Both the position numbers and the translations under genes were made by a program. Positions 9,971-20,700 of a stretch of DNA of 64,000 bases are shown in pieces. The notes beneath the pieces are model-generated. The model ran no database searches and had not been told where the DNA came from. It was given only the letters and a program-made list of their open reading frames with translations. The stretch spans positions 3,234 through 67,233 of the forward strand of contig JAQIBS010000146.1 of assembly GCA_027858965.1 (NCBI GenBank), given 5' to 3'. The stretch's first letter is position 1. Each line of letters opens with the position of its first letter. Source of the DNA: Kiritimatiellia bacterium. Lineage in GTDB: Bacteria > Verrucomicrobiota > Kiritimatiellia > RFP12 > UBA1067.

Positions 9971-11641
9971 ATGAACAGTGATAAAGTAAAAAAAGGATTT
10001 CAAAGGGCACCGCACCGAGGACTTTTCAGAGCAACCGGCGTCAAGACAGAGGATTTCAAAAAACCATTTATTGGTGTCTGCAACTCCTTTATAGAGGTGA
10101 TCCCCGGCCACTGCCATTTAAACAAGGTCAGCGAATGGATCAAACAGTGCATCCGCGATGCAGGCGGCATTCCCTTTGAATTCAACACCATTGGAATCTG
10201 CGATGGCATAGCCATGGGACACAGCGGTATGAAATATTCTCTGCCAAGCCGTGAACTGATTGCCGACTCTGTTGAGTCTATGGTCAATGCCCACTGTTTC
10301 GATGCAATGATCTGCATCCCCAACTGTGACAAAATTGTTCCAGGTATGATTCTCGGTGCTATACGCGCCAATATACCCACCATCTTCAGCAGCGGCGGTC
10401 CCATGGCTGCTGGAAAGTTAAATGGCAAAGCCGTTGATCTGATCTCCATTTTTGAAGGAGTAGCTGAATTTAACAACGGCAAGATCACAGAGCAGGAGCT
10501 GGAAGATGTAGAGGAAGAGGGCTGTCCCAGCTGTGGTTCATGTTCAGGAATGTTTACAGCCAACTCAATGAACTGCCTTTGTGAAGCCATTGGTCTAGCT
10601 CTACCCGGAAACGGAACTATTCTGGCTATTGATCCGGCTCGCAAAGAACTCTGGAAAGCGGCGGCTGAACGGGTTGTTGAAATGGCACTGGCGGAAGCTC
10701 CCAGACCACGAGATCTGATCACACTGGATTCCCTGGACAACGCATTTGCGTTGGATATGGCCATGGGCGGAAGCACCAATACCGTTCTTCACACCCTGGC
10801 TATTGCTAAAGAGGCTGGTGTTGACTACGATCTAAACCGAATCAACTCCATCTCACAAAAGTGCCCCAATGTCTGTAAGGTTTCTCCATCATGCAACTAC
10901 CACATTGAAGATGTTGATGCCGCTGGAGGCATATCCGCAATTCTCAAGAGAGTTGATGATTGTGTCCCTGGACTGCTCAAAACAGATGCTCCGACAGTAA
11001 GCGGCAAAACTCTTGGTGAAACAATCAAGGATGCCGTAGTTAAAGACAATGAGGTTATTCGAACAAAAGAAAACTTTTACTCTCAGGATGGCGGATTAAC
11101 AATCCTGCACGGAAATCTGGCAGAGGCTGGCTCGGTTGTCAAAAAAGCCGGTGTTGCAGCATCCATGCTGGAATTTGAAGGCAAGGCGATCTGCTTTGAC
11201 TCCCAGGATGATGCCTGTGAGGGAATTCTGGCTGGCAAAGTTAAAGCAGGCCACGTAGTTGTAATTCGTTATGAAGGTCCTAAAGGCGGACCTGGTATGC
11301 AGGAAATGCTGGCACCAACCTCATATATTATGGGTGCCGGACTTGGCGAATCAGTAGCTCTGATTACTGATGGACGTTTCTCCGGAGGAACCCACGGTGC
11401 CTGTATTGGACATATCTCACCAGAGGCCGCCGAGGGTGGAGTAATTGGATTAGTAAAAGATGGTGACTGCATCAGCATCAATCTCAATGAACGCTCAATC
11501 AAATTACTGGTTGATGACGATGAGCTGGCTCAACGTCGTGCAGATGCCCCTGAGTGGCACCAGCCTCATATCACAGGCTGGCTGAAACGCTACTCCATGC
11601 TGGTCGGTAACGCCAGCACAGGGGCCTCGCTGATACAGTAA
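9971..11641 (+). CDS. ilvD: Dihydroxy-acid dehydratase
   Basis: 556 aa. The blocks '[14 protein letters not shown]', 'CDGIAMGH', '[10 protein letters not shown]' and '[13 protein letters not shown]' are classic IlvD. Confidence 0.95.
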   Translation: MNSDKVKKGFQRAPHRGLFRATGVKTEDFKKPFIGVCNSFIEVIPGHCHLNKVSEWIKQCIRDAGGIPFEFNTIGICDGIAMGHSGMKYSLPSRELIADSVESMVNAHCFDAMICIPNCDKIVPGMILGAIRANIPTIFSSGGPMAAGKLNGKAVDLISIFEGVAEFNNGKITEQELEDVEEEGCPSCGSCSGMFTANSMNCLCEAIGLALPGNGTILAIDPARKELWKAAAERVVEMALAEAPRPRDLITLDSLDNAFALDMAMGGSTNTVLHTLAIAKEAGVDYDLNRINSISQKCPNVCKVSPSCNYHIEDVDAAGGISAILKRVDDCVPGLLKTDAPTVSGKTLGETIKDAVVKDNEVIRTKENFYSQDGGLTILHGNLAEAGSVVKKAGVAASMLEFEGKAICFDSQDDACEGILAGKVKAGHVVVIRYEGPKGGPGMQEMLAPTSYIMGAGLGESVALITDGRFSGGTHGACIGHISPEAAEGGVIGLVKDGDCISINLNERSIKLLVDDDELAQRRADAPEWHQPHITGWLKRYSMLVGNASTGASLIQ

Positions 11642-11666
11642 ACCAGAGCAGTAGCGAGTGACAGAT

Positions 11667-11700
11667 GGCGAGTGACAGATGTGCCGCTCGCCTTTTTTTT
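11667..11700 (+). terminator. Rho-independent terminator after ilvD (GGCGAG...CTCGCC + T8); first copy of a duplicated hairpin
   Basis: The sequence is ggcgagtgacagatgtgccgctcgcc followed by tttttttt. It is preceded by a 14-nt tandem repeat, gcgagtgacagatg x2. Confidence 0.7.
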
Positions 11701-11817
11701 GACACGTAGCGTTGTGATCATGTAATCCTGAAAACAGCCGTTACAGATCTTTAAAATCATTCAAGACGTTGAAATCGGAGTCAAAAATGATCATGATGAA
11801 CTTCCAGCTCTTTGGGG

Positions 11818-11846
11818 TTGACAATTCTCACTACCCCCATCATAAT
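11818..11846 (+). promoter_or_regulatory. Sigma-70-type promoter: TTGACA, 17-nt spacer, CATAAT
   Basis: The -35 is a perfect TTGACA (11818-11823), the spacer is 17 nt, and the -10 is CATAAT (11841-11846). It lies ~85 nt upstream of the PATR gene start. Confidence 0.5.
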
Positions 11847-11932
11847 TATTTTTTAAATTATGGTGTTATAAACAGCTTTAAATGTTCCTAATGTATGCTA
11901 GTGTTCAAAAACGGAAAAAACGGAGTGGCAGA

Positions 11933-14900
11933 ATGAAAATGCAAAAGATGTATAACGGTGTCCGCAAGGGGACAATGATCGTAGTAGCGATGGGTCTTAT
12001 CTGCACACTCCGAGCGGCAGATCAGACGTGGAGCGACGGCAATGCCAGCAACGACTGGAGCACAACTGAACCCAACTGGGACACGAGCGTTGTTTGGACA
12101 GACGGCAACAACGCAATCTTCGGAGGCACGGGTGAGGTGCTCGATGTCAACGGTTCCGTATCGGTCGTAAACATCACCTTCAACGTCACGGGCTACGACA
12201 TCGGCGATGCAACGACGGACGGCACGTTCGTGCTCAGCGGCACACCCAGTGTGATCACCGTGGCGGCCGGATCGACGAACACGATCAGCGAGGTGCTCGC
12301 GGGTTCAGGCGGCCTGACCAAGGAGGGAGACGGCATACTCGCACTGTCGGGTGCAAGCAGCGGTTCAACTGGCAACACGATCATCAATGCCGGGACCATT
12401 CGGTGGGGAGATACGGACGTACTGCCCAGCGGCAGCGTGACCGTTAACGACGGCGCGACTCTGGAATGGACAACTACGGTCAACACGACGGCGAACGCGC
12501 GCAGCTACACGATCCAAGGCACGGGAGTCGGCGATGCGGGCGCTGTGATCAACAATGGCGCGAACCTGAGCAACAACAACACGATGAATCCCTTGTACCT
12601 GGCAGCCGACGCGACCGTTTCCAACTCGCAGCGAACCGACCCCTACTACACCCATCTTCAGGGACACCGTCTAACGAAGATCGGTCTGGGAAGCTGGAAC
12701 ATCCGCGGAACTTTTGACAGCGGCGCAGGCGGGGCAATCACCGTTGACGAAGGGTTTGTCCAGATCGAGATCGGCAATGGGACCATCCAGACGGTAGATG
12801 GCGGCATTATTGTCAATGCCGGCGCATATTTCGCCCTCCTCGCTTACAACGGGCCTACGAAGTCTTCCAACGTCGATGCCGACATTGTCCTGAACAACGC
12901 CGGGCTCGTAGGCACAAGTTACAACTCACAAACTGGCATACCACAAGTCGGCTATTACGGCACGGTGACCCTCAACGGCGAATGCGCAATCCAGATCGCC
13001 TGGAGCAGCGCGGCGCCTGTCAATGGCGAAACCATTCGTGACACTCAAACTGACGTATACAGCGAAATCGGTGGCGAGGGCAATCTGACGATCAACCCCG
13101 CCTCTATGGCGAAGAGCGGCACGATCACCTACCCAGTAATTCTTCATACCAACAACACATTTACCGGAAGCATGACCCTCGAAAAGGGCACGCTGATTCT
13201 CGCGCCCACCAGCGCGGTGACCAACAGTCCTCTGGTCGAAGTGGCGGCCGGAACAACACTGATCGTATCCAACACCGTCAACGCACTTGGTGACACCACC
13301 GCTATTGTAATTGCCAACGACGGCGATACGGGAAGCGGGTTCACGCTGGCTGCAGGTGTGGATGACACGGTCGGATCGATCCTGCTGGGCGGCGTGCTCC
13401 AGACCACGATCGGCACGTACGGCAGCATGACCAGCGGGGCGGACGTACAAAACGACGAATATTTCAGCGGCAACGGCATGATCAGGATCACCACGCTGCC
13501 CTCCGACATGACGTGGATCGACGCCAACGCCAACAACGACTGGAGCATTACCGAACCCAACTGGGACGCCGGGGTCGGCTGGTTCCAGAACGGCAACGCG
13601 ATTTTTAGCGGCACGGGCGAAGACGTTGAACTCGAAGATCCCGTCATGGTGCGCAACATGACCTTCAACGCGGACGATTACACAATTACTGACACCAACG
13701 CAAACGGCACGCTCACGCTGTCCGGTGCACCAAGCGTGGTGTCGGTGGTGAATGCCGGTGCGACTGCTACGATAACCGAAGTCATCAAAGGCACGGGCGG
13801 GTTGACTAAGCAAGGCGACGGCACCCTCACGCTCTCCGGTGCCGACAGCCCTTCAGCGGGCAATACGCTTATCCAGGCGGGCATTCTGTACTGGGGTGCC
13901 AACGATGCGCTGCCCAGCGGTTCCGTCACCGTCGAGGACAGTGCAACTGTAGACCTGGGGGCCATAACCCACGTCAGCCAGAACGCGCGTGCCTATACCA
14001 TTGCCGGAACAGGAACAGCCGGCCAGGGCGCGCTGATCAAAACCGGTGCGGGCGCCATCATGTCGTCCTATGGTATCAACGGCCTAACCCTTAGCGCGGA
14101 TGCGACGATCGGGGGAAACTCACGGGTCGACCTTGGCGGCTACATCGACTTTAACGGCTACGTGCTGACCAAGGTGGGTGGCAACTCCATGCCTTTCCGC
14201 ACCGCGAACATCCAGGACAGCAACGGCGGTGTCGTCATCAATCAGGGACACATCTACCTGGAGAATTTAAACTTCACGATCGTGGGACCGGTCGTCATCA
14301 ACTCCGGCGGCACACTCGGCACCTACGTTGTAACAGGTGATTCCAAGACCTTTACCATGCCGATTATACTCAACGACGGCGGCAGCCTCTGGACAGCGGG
14401 TCAGAACCCGGCGGGCACGAGCACGTTTGTCGGCTCGATCGCATGTTCAGACACAACCTACCTGTACACAGGCTACAACGGGTCGTACGGCCCCAATGCG
14501 GGCGACATGATTGTGAACAGCACAATTTCCGGATCGGGAACACTGATCCTTAACGACACTGCGACAAGTGTGAACGGTGCGGCTGATCACACAATTACGC
14601 TCAATGCGGCCAACACCTTTGGCGGCGCAATCCAAATCGAGCGCGGCACGCTCCTTGTGTCCGGAACCGGTTCTATCAACAACTGCTCAGAGATCAACAT
14701 CGCCTCCGGCGCCGTTGTCGACATTCAAAACTCAAGAGACACCCTGAGTGAGGTGGCGACCATTGTGATCGCCAATGACGCCGACTCCGACACCGGCATG
14801 ACCTTGGCGGACGGAATGGCAGAGCAGGTGTCGAGTTTCATACTCGGCGATGTCACCTACGGCAAAGGCTCAGGCTCCTTCGGCAGCAGCGCTAGCGCGG

Positions 14901-14986
14901 CCGACAATAAACTCGACGAGTACTTCAGCGGCACCGGCATACTGCTCGCCCCGCCTCTGGACGGGACAGTGATACTGGTGCATTAA
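11933..14986 (+). CDS. Secreted autotransporter-associated beta-strand repeat (PATR) protein, internally duplicated
   Basis: The start was chosen at ATG 11933 (GGAG RBS), giving the signal-like 'MIVVAMGLICTLRA'. PATR-type blocks 'GSGGLTKEGDGILALSGA' and 'GTGGLTKQGDGTLTLSGA' are present. Two ~495-aa halves (12020-13504 and 13505-14983) are clearly homologous. The gene is much GC-richer than its flanks. Confidence 0.8.
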   Translation: MKMQKMYNGVRKGTMIVVAMGLICTLRAADQTWSDGNASNDWSTTEPNWDTSVVWTDGNNAIFGGTGEVLDVNGSVSVVNITFNVTGYDIGDATTDGTFVLSGTPSVITVAAGSTNTISEVLAGSGGLTKEGDGILALSGASSGSTGNTIINAGTIRWGDTDVLPSGSVTVNDGATLEWTTTVNTTANARSYTIQGTGVGDAGAVINNGANLSNNNTMNPLYLAADATVSNSQRTDPYYTHLQGHRLTKIGLGSWNIRGTFDSGAGGAITVDEGFVQIEIGNGTIQTVDGGIIVNAGAYFALLAYNGPTKSSNVDADIVLNNAGLVGTSYNSQTGIPQVGYYGTVTLNGECAIQIAWSSAAPVNGETIRDTQTDVYSEIGGEGNLTINPASMAKSGTITYPVILHTNNTFTGSMTLEKGTLILAPTSAVTNSPLVEVAAGTTLIVSNTVNALGDTTAIVIANDGDTGSGFTLAAGVDDTVGSILLGGVLQTTIGTYGSMTSGADVQNDEYFSGNGMIRITTLPSDMTWIDANANNDWSITEPNWDAGVGWFQNGNAIFSGTGEDVELEDPVMVRNMTFNADDYTITDTNANGTLTLSGAPSVVSVVNAGATATITEVIKGTGGLTKQGDGTLTLSGADSPSAGNTLIQAGILYWGANDALPSGSVTVEDSATVDLGAITHVSQNARAYTIAGTGTAGQGALIKTGAGAIMSSYGINGLTLSADATIGGNSRVDLGGYIDFNGYVLTKVGGNSMPFRTANIQDSNGGVVINQGHIYLENLNFTIVGPVVINSGGTLGTYVVTGDSKTFTMPIILNDGGSLWTAGQNPAGTSTFVGSIACSDTTYLYTGYNGSYGPNAGDMIVNSTISGSGTLILNDTATSVNGAADHTITLNAANTFGGAIQIERGTLLVSGTGSINNCSEINIASGAVVDIQNSRDTLSEVATIVIANDADSDTGMTLADGMAEQVSSFILGDVTYGKGSGSFGSSASAADNKLDEYFSGTGILLAPPLDGTVILVH

Positions 14987-15073
14987 GAGCAATGCAAACA
15001 TTGTAAGAGGATTTCGGCGCTATTTAAAACCTGTTTTTTTAACGCGTAGCGTTTTTTTCTAAAGCAAAAACAA

Positions 15074-15108
15074 GGCGAGTGACAGGAATGTCGCTCGCCT
15101 TTCTTTTA
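15074..15108 (+). terminator. Rho-independent terminator after the PATR gene; second copy of the 11667 hairpin
   Basis: The sequence is ggcgagtgacaggaatgtcgctcgcc followed by tttctttt. It is near-identical to 11667-11700. Confidence 0.65.
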
Positions 15109-15325
15109 TTCCATATTGAGGGACCTCTGCAGGATCTGTGAGTAGGGCGTGATAGATGGACGAACGGGAACAAGAATCGAGTAAGTAAAGCGCGGTTAAG
15201 TGTAACCGAGTAAGTGTGTCGGTTAAGAGTGCGTTTAAGTGTGTGTGACACGTTTCTTGCACTTACTCGTACGCTTCGTCGCCACTCTTACTCGGATACC
15301 CTTAAACGATTCGCTTTCAAAGATT

Positions 15326-16114
15326 TCAACTGCCTTTTTTAGAATAAGTCGGGGTCGTTGCTTTTATTCCACGTCCATACCAGACCTGCCACAGGAATAA
15401 CCCCCGTGCGGGAGCTGTGGGAACTCGTGATGTTCGAGGCAGATGCTCTTCAAGAAGTTCTTGAACAGCCTCTGGTTTTTCATCACCCGTACCAACCTTC
15501 AACAGCAAACCAACCATACCACGCACCTGTTTATACAGGAAGCCGCTACCCCTGACCCGGAACATAATTTCAGAGCCTCGCTTACATATCGTAAAACAGC
15601 TGATAGTGCGTACGAAGGTTGGTATCTCGCGTTTAGAGTTTGCTGCAAAAGATTTAAAATCATGCGTCCCTACAAAATATGTAGCCGCAATTCGCATGGC
15701 ATGTACATCCAGAGAGCGATAAACATTATTGCAATACAAACGCTTGTCCGGCAGCACAAAAGGTGCAGCCGAGACAAAATAACGATACTCTTTGGATTTT
15801 GCAGAACGCCGGGCATGAAATTCAGAGTGAACCTCAACGACTTTCAGTATTCGGATATCAGCCGGAAGATGTGAATTCAAAGCGTAGTATATAGTGCGTT
15901 TGGAAAGACGGGTAACAAGATCAACATGTGCAACCTGTCCTCGGGCATGCACCCCGCTATCGGTTCTTCCACTGCCATGCAACTTAACCGTACTGACGGT
16001 AATACGGGAGAGGCAATCCTGAATCTCCTGTTGAACACTGTTACAGTGAGGCTGCACCTGCCACCCGGAATAATTAGTGCCGTCATAGGCAATGATCAGT
16101 TTAAACCTGCGCAT
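15326..16114 (-). CDS. truA: tRNA pseudouridine(38-40) synthase
   Basis: 'FKLIIAYDGTNYSGWQVQP' and 'GSGRTDSGVHARGQVAH' (catalytic Asp) are present. The start was chosen at ATG 16114 ('MRRFKL'). Confidence 0.9.
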   Translation of the reverse strand: MRRFKLIIAYDGTNYSGWQVQPHCNSVQQEIQDCLSRITVSTVKLHGSGRTDSGVHARGQVAHVDLVTRLSKRTIYYALNSHLPADIRILKVVEVHSEFHARRSAKSKEYRYFVSAAPFVLPDKRLYCNNVYRSLDVHAMRIAATYFVGTHDFKSFAANSKREIPTFVRTISCFTICKRGSEIMFRVRGSGFLYKQVRGMVGLLLKVGTGDEKPEAVQELLEEHLPRTSRVPTAPARGLFLWQVWYGRGIKATTPTYSKKGS

Positions 16115-16253
16115 CTTTAAAATTTGCTCTGACTCTTCCAACATATCTCCCGAAGCGGGCTCTGCCCGCAACCCAGCCAGTAGCTGATTTCTCAATTTCT
16201 TTGTTTTTTATAGCAGAATAATTGATGGCAAAATAATTTTTCACTTCATTGAT

Positions 16254-16376
16254 TTTTATGCAACGCGAAGCGTTGTTGACTAAAGCTGCGACGTTTAAAA
16301 CACAACTGACCAATTAAAGACAATGGCAAGACATATCACAAGAGCTTAATTTGATTGCGGCTGAAAGCAGCTTTAG
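16254..16376. repeat. Intergenic structured element, family 1, copy 1 (~125 nt)
   Basis: The core is tttttatgCAACGCGAAGCGTTGttgaCTAAAGCTGCgacgtttaaaacacaac, and the distal end is GCAGCTTTAG (16367-16376). The same architecture occurs at 35581 and 56913. Confidence 0.8.
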
Positions 16377-16380
16377 CATC

Positions 16381-17463
16381 CTACACGTACTTTTTACCAT
16401 CCGGCCTTGCTGATATACGTTTAATCAGCTTCTTGACCTCCTCGGCGCGATCACGCGGACATATCAACGTGGCATTTTCAGAGTGCACTACAACCAGACC
16501 GGTAACTCCGATCAACGCAGTTAACCTATCTTCAGAGATGACAATATTATTTTTGGATTCTATCTTCTCACATGACCCGATAACAACATTGCCATCCATA
16601 TCTGCGGAGAAGTGTCCTGCCATGGCAGGCCATGAACCAACATCATCCCATCCGAAAGAACCACGCGCCATCACTATATTAGAGACATGTTCCATCACAG
16701 CATAATCAATGGAAATAGACCGTAAAGAAGGATAAACACTTTGAAGCGTTGCCTGGAGGGCATCCGGGCTGTTTGCTACGCTAACGCTCTCGCTCAACTC
16801 AAAAAGGTCGGGTGCGAACGACTCAAGCGCCTTACTCATAACACCGGTACTCCAGATGAACATACCGGCATTCCAAAAAAAGTTACCACTGTTAAAATAG
16901 TGATTCGCCTTATACTCATCCGGTTTTTCAACAAAGCCCTCAGATTTGTTAAAGAGTGTAACAGTCCGGGTTTCCAATGGATCACCTGCCTTCACATAAC
17001 CAAAACCAGTCGCCGGATATGTGGGTTGGATTCCCATGGTCACAATCACATCATTCTTTGAGGCAACCTCAATGCAATCGGTAAGTGTCTGACGAAATGT
17101 TTCAACATCGCTCATCAACTGGTCAGCGGTTAAAATGCAAACCACGCCATTGGGATCACGTTGCTTAACCAGGCCACAAGCAACCGCAATTGCCGGTGCG
17201 GTATCACGCTTACACGGCTCCCCGATAATATTGGCACGTGGCACATTACGAGCTGCATGAGCCGTATCCTCAACCAGTCTCTCCGCGGTAATAATATAGA
17301 TGCGGTCTGCTGGAACAACCCCCTGCAGGCGTTCAACAGCCATAGTCAGAAGTGGCCTGCCGCTGAAAAGGGATATAAACTGTTTAGGACGGGATTTTGT
17401 ACTCAAGGGCCAGAAGCGCTCACCGCTGCCTCCAGCCAAAATTACTGCGTAGGATTTATTCAT
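16381..17463 (-). CDS. Mannose-1-phosphate guanylyltransferase (GDP-mannose pyrophosphorylase, short form)
   Basis: 360 aa. 'AVILAGGSGERFWPLSTKSRPKQF' is the nucleotidyltransferase signature. There is no C-terminal PMI domain. Confidence 0.8.
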   Translation of the reverse strand: MNKSYAVILAGGSGERFWPLSTKSRPKQFISLFSGRPLLTMAVERLQGVVPADRIYIITAERLVEDTAHAARNVPRANIIGEPCKRDTAPAIAVACGLVKQRDPNGVVCILTADQLMSDVETFRQTLTDCIEVASKNDVIVTMGIQPTYPATGFGYVKAGDPLETRTVTLFNKSEGFVEKPDEYKANHYFNSGNFFWNAGMFIWSTGVMSKALESFAPDLFELSESVSVANSPDALQATLQSVYPSLRSISIDYAVMEHVSNIVMARGSFGWDDVGSWPAMAGHFSADMDGNVVIGSCEKIESKNNIVISEDRLTALIGVTGLVVVHSENATLICPRDRAEEVKKLIKRISARPDGKKYV

Positions 17464-17729
17464 TGAAAAGTCCTTAAAATATGTATCTGTTTTACAGATA
17501 TCCCCCCGGGATATCCAAACTAAAAGTCAATCATCTAAATCAACAGCTTACTCGCTAAATAAAGCTGAATCACTCTATAACAACTGTTCATAATCATATC
17601 AAAAAGTAAGGGTGGGCACAAATAGGATAATTGAATGAAGATCCAAAACACTTTTTGCTTAACTTAAAGAATATTTAACTTTATAATTTAATTTTCATAT
17701 TTTATTCTATTTACCATGAGGTTATTCAT

Positions 17730-20700
17730 ATGACCATAGAAAAAACAGCAAACATATTTTTACTTATCTCTGTTTTTGCAACTACCTTTTTATATGCAGC
17801 GTCACCAAAGGCTCTCTCCCCTGTGGATTTTGCAAATCTGTGCGACCCTGCTAATGTACTCTATGCATCGGAACTTATCTCAATTAAGACAGAGGAACAC
17901 ATGGCTCCAATTGAAGCCCCTCTAGGTAAGACCGCATACATATCACTGCTGGTCTATGACGGAGGCAATGGATACGGCTGTGATCACTCTGACTGGCTTA
18001 ACGCCCGCTTCACAGGCAAATTCGGCGAAAAACATCTCACATCGCTTGAATGGATTCACAATGAATGTGGTCATAACGATAGCCAAAAGAACAAAAGCGT
18101 CTCAGGTAGGCCTTTACAGGTGAAGGGAAAAAGATACAAAAATGGCATCGGGACTCACTCTCCCGGCATCATGGTGTTTCCTGTACCAGACGGGGCAACT
18201 CAGTTTCTGGCTCAAGGTGCACTGGATGACTCAGGCACCAGACAGGTCAAAAATGCCCCCAGCTCAGTTCAATTTATTGTCTATGCCGGAATTCCTCCAC
18301 AAAAGCTACTCAAAAAACTACGCCTGGGCGCAGTAAATGATCCTATTGTATATGAAAAACGTAAAGCGGTTCTGGCCAAGATATCCAAAGAGGGCGCCAG
18401 CGAGTATCTGCTACTTGACAGAGAACTCACAAAAAAACCAAAAACCAAAGGTGGTGCCGCCGATCAAGCAACCCGGATGACACAGCTCTTTATTCGCGAC
18501 TCCGCAATTCTACCCACAGATAAGAGTCCACTGGATATTGTTCTACGGCGTACGCGTGCCCTCTACAATGATCTTGAACCCAAAGCCGACATTGCGAAGT
18601 ATGGCCAAGCGCTGGATGCCCTTGACAAGGCGGCAGCCGCAATTCGCCCGGATAAACTTGAAGAGCTGCTCACACTTTTTGAGCAGGTCACCCGGCTACG
18701 TCGCAAAATTGCCTTTGCCAACCCGTTGCTCAAAAACATCACAAAGCTCCTTTTCATAACCCGTGAAGTCCTGCCTCCTGACGAATTTAAATACGGAAGC
18801 CACATGTGCGACCAGTACTTCGGCTTCCATGCCACCATTCACGGAACAACCAAAGGCAATGGACTCTATGTTCTGGAAAATCCCTGGTCCGGCAAACCAG
18901 TTGCAAGAAACTTGATTGAAAACTCAGTAATTGAAAAAGGCGCCCGTAAGGGACAAAAACTTGCTAACGGTGGATATCTGGCTCCCGATCTATCGTTTGA
19001 TGGCAAAGAGATTCTTTTCTGCTACACCGACGGAAAACCGGAGATACGCATCTGGAATGAGCAAACCACCTTCCATATCTTCAAATGCAACATCGATGGC
19101 TCAGGGTTGGTTCAGTTGACTGACGGATGCGTGAACGATATTGATCCCTGCTGGTTGCCCAATGGAAGAATTGCATTCATCTCCGAGCGTCGCGGCGGCT
19201 ACGGACGCTGCCATGGACGCCCTGTCCCCAGCTTCACGCTGCACTCTATGTTTGAAGATGGTACCGACATCACCCGTCTGAGTCCACACGAAACCAATGA
19301 GTGGCAGCCGAGTGTGGACAACAATGGAATGATTGTCTACACCCGCTGGGACTATGTTGACCGCGGATTCAACCAGGCCCATCATGCCTGGACTACCTAC
19401 CCTGACGGACGTGATTCACGGCCGGTTAACGGAAACAACCACGATTCACAACGTACAGCCCCCATGATGCAGATGGATGTACGGGCAATCCCAGGTTCCC
19501 GCAAATATGTGGCTATCGCAACTGGGCATCACTGCGAAGCACGCGGCTCTGTTGTTCTGGTTGATCCCGGTCTGCCGGACGACAATGCAATGTCACAGAT
19601 CAAGCGAGTCACCCCTGATCAGCTATTTCCTGAGGCAGAGTACTACTTTGACCGCGGTTCCGCAGCCTATGCCTCGCCCTGGCCTCTCAGTGAAAAATAT
19701 TACATCTGTGTCTATGACGGCTTTGCCAACGCGCAATACGGATCAATCGACACCAAAGCGCGCAACTATGCCATCACCCTCATGGATGCATTCGGCAACA
19801 AGGTTCCGATCTACAGCAATCCTGACATATCCTGTCTAAACCCCATCCCGCTGCGTCCACGCAAAGCTCCCCCGTTGCTACCACATAAAACACTGGTTGG
19901 ACGGCCACGGTTGCCTAATGGCGAAAAGCCGGAGATTATCCCGGAAGAGAAGCTACCTAAATTCGCACAGGTCGGGCTCATTAATGTATACAACTCACGC
20001 TATCCAATGCCGGAAGGGACAAAGATTAAAGCACTGCGTATCTGGCAGGTGCTACCCAAAACAACCCCAAATGCCGACAAACCTAGAATAGGCATGGGGC
20101 GACATAAGGGAGCCAAGCTGGTACTTGGAACTGTTCCTGTGGAGGAGGATGGCAGTGCCTACTGGAACCAACCGGTGAATGTGCCGATTCTCTTCCATGC
20201 ACTGGATGAGAGCGGCAAAGCAATTCAAGGCATGCGCAGTGTCACCTACACAGCGCCAGGCGAAACCCTGATGTGCAACGGCTGCCACGAAAGCCGCATG
20301 GGGTCAGCCCGGACGCCACCCACAGCTACTCCGCTAGCCATGAAGCGTGCACCCTCCAAAATCAAACCAGAAATGGATGGAACCAACCCCTTCCACTTTG
20401 CTCGTCTGGTTCAGCCGGTGATTGATGCCAAGTGCCTCAAATGCCATGGAGCGGAACGAAAAGACAAAGCTCCGGACCTGCGCCGGGGCCCCTATGAAAA
20501 AGACCCCAACTTCTGGTTTACATCATTCAAGAACCTAAAACCATATGTATTTTTCTACGAAAATCCTGCATGGACAGCCCCCTACACCATACCCGGAAAA
20601 TTTGGCGCCAACGCCAGCGAGCTCTATCATAAACTTAAAGGCGGCCACGGCAAACTCAACAAAGAGGAGCTGCGTCGTTTTATCATCTGGATGGACTCCA

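Noticed and set aside
10000-10779. A 259-aa minus-strand ORF antisense to ilvD.
   Set aside because: It is entirely embedded in the highly recognisable ilvD frame. Its translation is Ser/Pro/Ala-rich with no motif, so it is a shadow ORF.
12193-13965. Long antisense ORFs inside the PATR gene (e.g. 12926-13813, 295 aa; 13144-13668, 174 aa).
   Set aside because: They lie in a GC-rich repetitive gene where stop-free antisense frames arise by chance. Their translations are low-complexity (Arg/Gly/Ala/Val-rich) with no recognisable motifs. The sense frame has clear PATR repeats and a signal peptide.
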